Assembly: GCA_046570105.1 (NCBI GenBank)
Contig: JBKHVI010000076.1
Location: 1-10,564, forward strand
Direction of reading: 5' to 3'
Source of the DNA: Bacteriovoracia bacterium
Lineage (GTDB): Bacteria > Bdellovibrionota > Bacteriovoracia > Bacteriovoracales > Bacteriovoracaceae
Length of the DNA stretch: 10,564 bases
Position numbers and translations under genes: made by a program. Positions 7,952 through 10,564 of the stretch are shown in pieces (position 1 is the first letter of the stretch; each line of letters begins with the position of its first letter). The notes below the pieces were generated by a model. The model was not told the origin of the DNA and did no database searches. It saw only the letters and a list, made by a program, of their open reading frames with translations.

Positions 7952-9034
7952 ATGGAATTTATTGATCTGAAGACTCAGCAAAAACACATTCACGCCGCGC
8001 TTACTGAGGGCATGATGAAGGTCTTGAGTCACGGCCAGTACATCATGGGCCCTGAGGTCAAAGAGCTGGAAGATAAGTTATCGAATTTCGTAGGGGCAAA
8101 GCACTGCATCGCCAACTCTAGTGGCACTGACGCCCTGCTTCTTCCAATGATGGCGATGGGGATCAAGCCCGGCGACGAGATTGTCACAACACCTTTTACG
8201 TTTTTTGCGACAGGCGAGATGATTTCTCTTCTAGGGGCCAAACCTGTTTTTGTCGATATTGACCCGGAGACTTATAATCTTGATCCCAAGAAATTGGCCT
8301 CTGCCATCACTTCAAAAACCAAAGCGATTATGCCCGTAAGTCTCTATGGCCTGTGTGCCGATATGGATGCCATCAATCAGGCAGCTGCCAAAATTGCAGT
8401 GATTGAAGATGCAGCACAGAGTTTCGGTGCGAGCTACAAAGGCAAAAAATCTTGTGCGCTTTCAACTTTTGGCGCGACAAGCTTCTTCCCTTCTAAACCG
8501 TTGGGTGGATACGGCGATAGCGGTGCCACTTTTACTAATGACGATGCCATGGCCCAAGCCATGCGTGAAATTCGCGTACATGGTCAAGAGAAACGCTATC
8601 ATCACACACGCATCGGCATCAATGGCCGCATCGATACTCTACAAGCAGCAATTTTACTTTCTAAATTTTCTATCTTCCCGCAAGAAGTCGAGGCACGCGC
8701 TCGCATCGGAGCTCGCTATCGCGAAATGCTAGGATCAAAATTAAAACTACAAGCATTGCCAACGGGTTACACTAACGTTTACGGCCAGTTCACCATTGAA
8801 GTTGATAATCGCGATGACTTCATCAAGCGGATGAATGAAATGGGTGTACCAACTGCTGTTCACTATCCAGTACCACTTCATCTTCAGCCTGCTTATCGTG
8901 AAATGAATTTTAAAGTCGGTGACTTCCCTCACGCAGAACGTGCGGCGAAGAGAGTTTGCAGCTTACCGATGCACCCTTACCTTGATGAAAAGACCCAAGA
9001 CAAAGTTGTCGAGACTGTCTTCAAGTGTCTCTAA
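7952..9034 (+). CDS. wbpE: PLP-dependent UDP-3-oxo-sugar aminotransferase (WbpE/WlbC-like, DegT/DnrJ/EryC1/StrS family)
   Basis: MEFIDLK, HGQYIMGPEV, SGTDAL, IEDAAQSFGASYKG, TSFFPSKPLG (PLP lysine), GVPTAVHYP, SLPMHPYL match WbpE. Confidence 0.92.
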   Translation: MEFIDLKTQQKHIHAALTEGMMKVLSHGQYIMGPEVKELEDKLSNFVGAKHCIANSSGTDALLLPMMAMGIKPGDEIVTTPFTFFATGEMISLLGAKPVFVDIDPETYNLDPKKLASAITSKTKAIMPVSLYGLCADMDAINQAAAKIAVIEDAAQSFGASYKGKKSCALSTFGATSFFPSKPLGGYGDSGATFTNDDAMAQAMREIRVHGQEKRYHHTRIGINGRIDTLQAAILLSKFSIFPQEVEARARIGARYREMLGSKLKLQALPTGYTNVYGQFTIEVDNRDDFIKRMNEMGVPTAVHYPVPLHLQPAYREMNFKVGDFPHAERAAKRVCSLPMHPYLDEKTQDKVVETVFKCL

Positions 9035-9085
9035 AAGGTGTCAGCTACTTTGGGGCATTCTAGCTGTTAGCGTGGTTGGGTTCCG

Positions 9086-9133
9086 CATCCTGGCTTCAGA
9101 TTTATGTATAAAAGAGTTCCGTGCGCCAGGATG
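9086..9133. repeat. Inverted repeat in the convergent wbpE/antitoxin intergenic region (possible terminator or REP-like structure)
   Basis: CATCCTGGC (9086-9094) is the exact reverse complement of GCCAGGATG (9125-9133), with a 30-nt spacer. Confidence 0.5.
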
Positions 9134-9153
9134 GAGCCGCTCTAGGCTCTTGC

Positions 9154-9489
9154 TCATTTTTGCTTTGGATGGGAAATGGCTCTCATGATTTTAAAGATGT
9201 TTTCAGAAGAGGTTTTATTTTTCTTATCTTTGAAATTATAAATGGTTCTCTCTGGAATTTTTGTCATACGTGAAATTTCTCTTTTCCCAACATGATCAAT
9301 GTAAAGTTCCATAAGCTCCATGAAAGCATCATGATCACCATCGACAAACATTTGAGACAGAAGTTTGATAACTTTTTTCCCATTATCAAGATCAAGCGAA
9401 GATTTATAATCGTCACCCCCCCTAAGGTTGATGGATTTTACTTTTAGAGGTTTAATCTCAGACGCTTTGATTGTTTTATGGCCACTCAT
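9154..9489 (-). CDS. Antitoxin, Cro/XRE-type HTH, HI1420-like addiction module antidote
   Basis: 111 aa. DGDHDAFMELM followed by the HTH-like GKREISRMTKIPERTIYNFKDKKNKTSSENIFKIMRAI. Coupled to the upstream toxin by an ATGA overlap at 9486-9489. Confidence 0.75.
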   Translation of the reverse strand: MSGHKTIKASEIKPLKVKSINLRGGDDYKSSLDLDNGKKVIKLLSQMFVDGDHDAFMELMELYIDHVGKREISRMTKIPERTIYNFKDKKNKTSSENIFKIMRAISHPKQK

Positions 9490-9824
9490 TTTTTTCTCCT
9501 CTTGATCACAATTCTCTCTACGGCTTTCAGTACGATTTTTTTTGCTTCAGCAATATCACTTTGCTGAGAATTTTTATTTCCGCCTAGTAAAAGCAACATC
9601 AGTTGCCCATTAATGTCCTCAATTAAAGAGTAATAAACTCTGATTCCGCTATTCCATTTAAACTCATACAATGAGTAACCCACATCAAGAGACTTTGATT
9701 GCTTAAGTTCTCCTAGCAATCTATAAGTGTCGACTCTTGTATCAACAATTCCTTTTTCCTTCTCCGTTAAGGACTTATACCAAGCCTTATACTGTTTGCT
9801 TCTCTGCACTCTAAACTTTACCAT
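9486..9824 (-). CDS. Type II toxin, RelE/ParE superfamily, HI1419-like addiction module killer protein
   Basis: 112 aa, basic. YKAWYKSL...SLYEFKWNSGIRVYY...LLLLGGNKNSQQSDIAEAK matches the family pattern (G-x-RVYY, LLLxGGxKxxQxxDIxxAK). SD AAGGAAGG at 9830-9837 (minus strand). Confidence 0.85.
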   Translation of the reverse strand: MVKFRVQRSKQYKAWYKSLTEKEKGIVDTRVDTYRLLGELKQSKSLDVGYSLYEFKWNSGIRVYYSLIEDINGQLMLLLLGGNKNSQQSDIAEAKKIVLKAVERIVIKRRKK

Positions 9825-9842
9825 CTTAACCTTCCTTGATTA

Positions 9843-9892
9843 TGCCACATTTGGCAGAGCGAGGACATACTCTCTATCTGCCAAATTTGGCA
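9843..9892. promoter_or_regulatory. Pair of 14-bp palindromic operator-like boxes upstream of the toxin-antitoxin operon
   Basis: TGCCACATTTGGCA (9843-9856) and the perfect palindrome TGCCAAATTTGGCA (9879-9892). Box 1 overlaps a candidate extended -10, TGgCATAAT (minus strand, 9847-9839). Confidence 0.7.
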
Positions 9893-10067
9893 CAATCCTT
9901 AATTTTCTATTATTATTCGATAGTTAGCTAATTTTGGATCGAATATCTTATTGAGTAATACCTACTCCAAGACATGCTGAGTTCTCGATCAATTCCTCGA
10001 ATTTTTGTCTGATTCTTCATTCATGAAACGTGTGGACTAAACCTTCTCTTCCAGGTTTATTTAATTC

Positions 10068-10564
10068 ATGGATAAAGTGCAGATCGATGTAACAGTTATT
10101 GGCGGTGGGATTATTGGACTGACTGCGGCCCTAGAAATTAAACGCGCAAATCTAAATTTAGAAGTAGCTGTTCTTGAAAAAATGCCTTTCCTTGCCGATC
10201 ACGCCTCTGGACGAAATAGCGGCGTACTCCATTCTGGACTCTATTACGACACCCACTCATTAAAACACCAGCTTTGTATTGAAGGCCTAGAGCTTTGGAA
10301 CAGAAGACTCACTCGGGGTGATATCCCGCATCGCTTTTGCCAAAAAACCATTTTTGCTCATACTCAGGATGAAGCCCCACGCTTAGAAGAGCTCGCACTT
10401 AGGGCCGAGCAGAACGGTGTCCCTTTTCATTTTGCCAGTCATTCAGAATTGGGCGAGTTACGAAAAAATGTGAACGCTGTTCAAGCGATTATCGTAGAAT
10501 CGACAGGCATTATTGATACAGCAGCAGCGATGCTTCAACTTCGAAGAGAGTTTGAAGAGTTGGG
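10068..10564 (+). CDS. FAD-dependent oxidoreductase, L-2-hydroxyglutarate oxidase (LhgO)-like family; partial, runs off the window
   Basis: Manual translation from ATG 10068 has no stop: MDKVQIDVTVIGGGIIGLTAA...VAVLEK...HASGRNSGVLHSGLYY...SLKHQLCIEG...STGIID. Contains the GxGxxG FAD motif and the LhgO-family NSGVxHxGxYY motif. Confidence 0.88.
   Translation, partial: MDKVQIDVTVIGGGIIGLTAALEIKRANLNLEVAVLEKMPFLADHASGRNSGVLHSGLYYDTHSLKHQLCIEGLELWNRRLTRGDIPHRFCQKTIFAHTQDEAPRLEELALRAEQNGVPFHFASHSELGELRKNVNAVQAIIVESTGIIDTAAAMLQLRREFEEL

Noticed and set aside
8029..9188. ORFs 8029-8241, 8403-8732, 8747-8932 and 8919-9188
   Set aside because: Overlap wbpE (and the antitoxin) in other frames or antisense; no motifs or start signals.
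9887..9902. Sigma-54 promoter TTGGCAC-AATCC-TTAA
   Set aside because: The -24 box matches but the essential -12 GC is missing (TTAA instead of TTGC); the TGGCA is explained by the operator palindrome.
9727..9927. 66-aa hydrophobic plus-strand ORF as a type I toxin or membrane peptide
   Set aside because: Antisense to the toxin 5' end and its operator region; hydrophobicity follows from T-rich sequence; GTG start without SD.
9928..10020. 30-aa minus-strand ORF (MKNQTKIRGIDRELSMSWSRYYSIRYSIQN) upstream of the toxin
   Set aside because: Too short, no clear SD or recognisable motif; cannot be supported as a third TA component.

Overview
Bacterial surface-glycan (LPS/O-antigen or lipid-linked oligosaccharide) biosynthesis locus. 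A tightly coupled six-gene minus-strand operon (7883->1339) encodes WbpB- and WbpD-like enzymes, a canonical GDP-mannose 4,6-dehydratase, a PglK/MsbA-type ABC exporter, an NDP-hexose C-methyltransferase and a divergent second GMD-like SDR whose catalytic Glu is replaced by His. The WbpE-like aminotransferase is transcribed divergently on the + strand. At the left edge, the terminal inverted repeat of an IS256-family element (ends about 77) truncates an AT-rich polytopic membrane protein gene, which converges on the operon with a 49-bp 3' overlap. At the right, an AT-rich toxin-first type II toxin-antitoxin pair (HI1419/HI1420-like) with two palindromic operator-like boxes lies between wbpE and a partial LhgO-family FAD oxidoreductase (10068 to window end, absent from the ORF track). 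Best novelty candidates: a GDP-linked C-methyl-branched deoxysugar pathway using a repurposed GMD paralogue, and IS inactivation of a putative glycan-modifying membrane enzyme. All family assignments come from motif recognition by eye; no searches were run.
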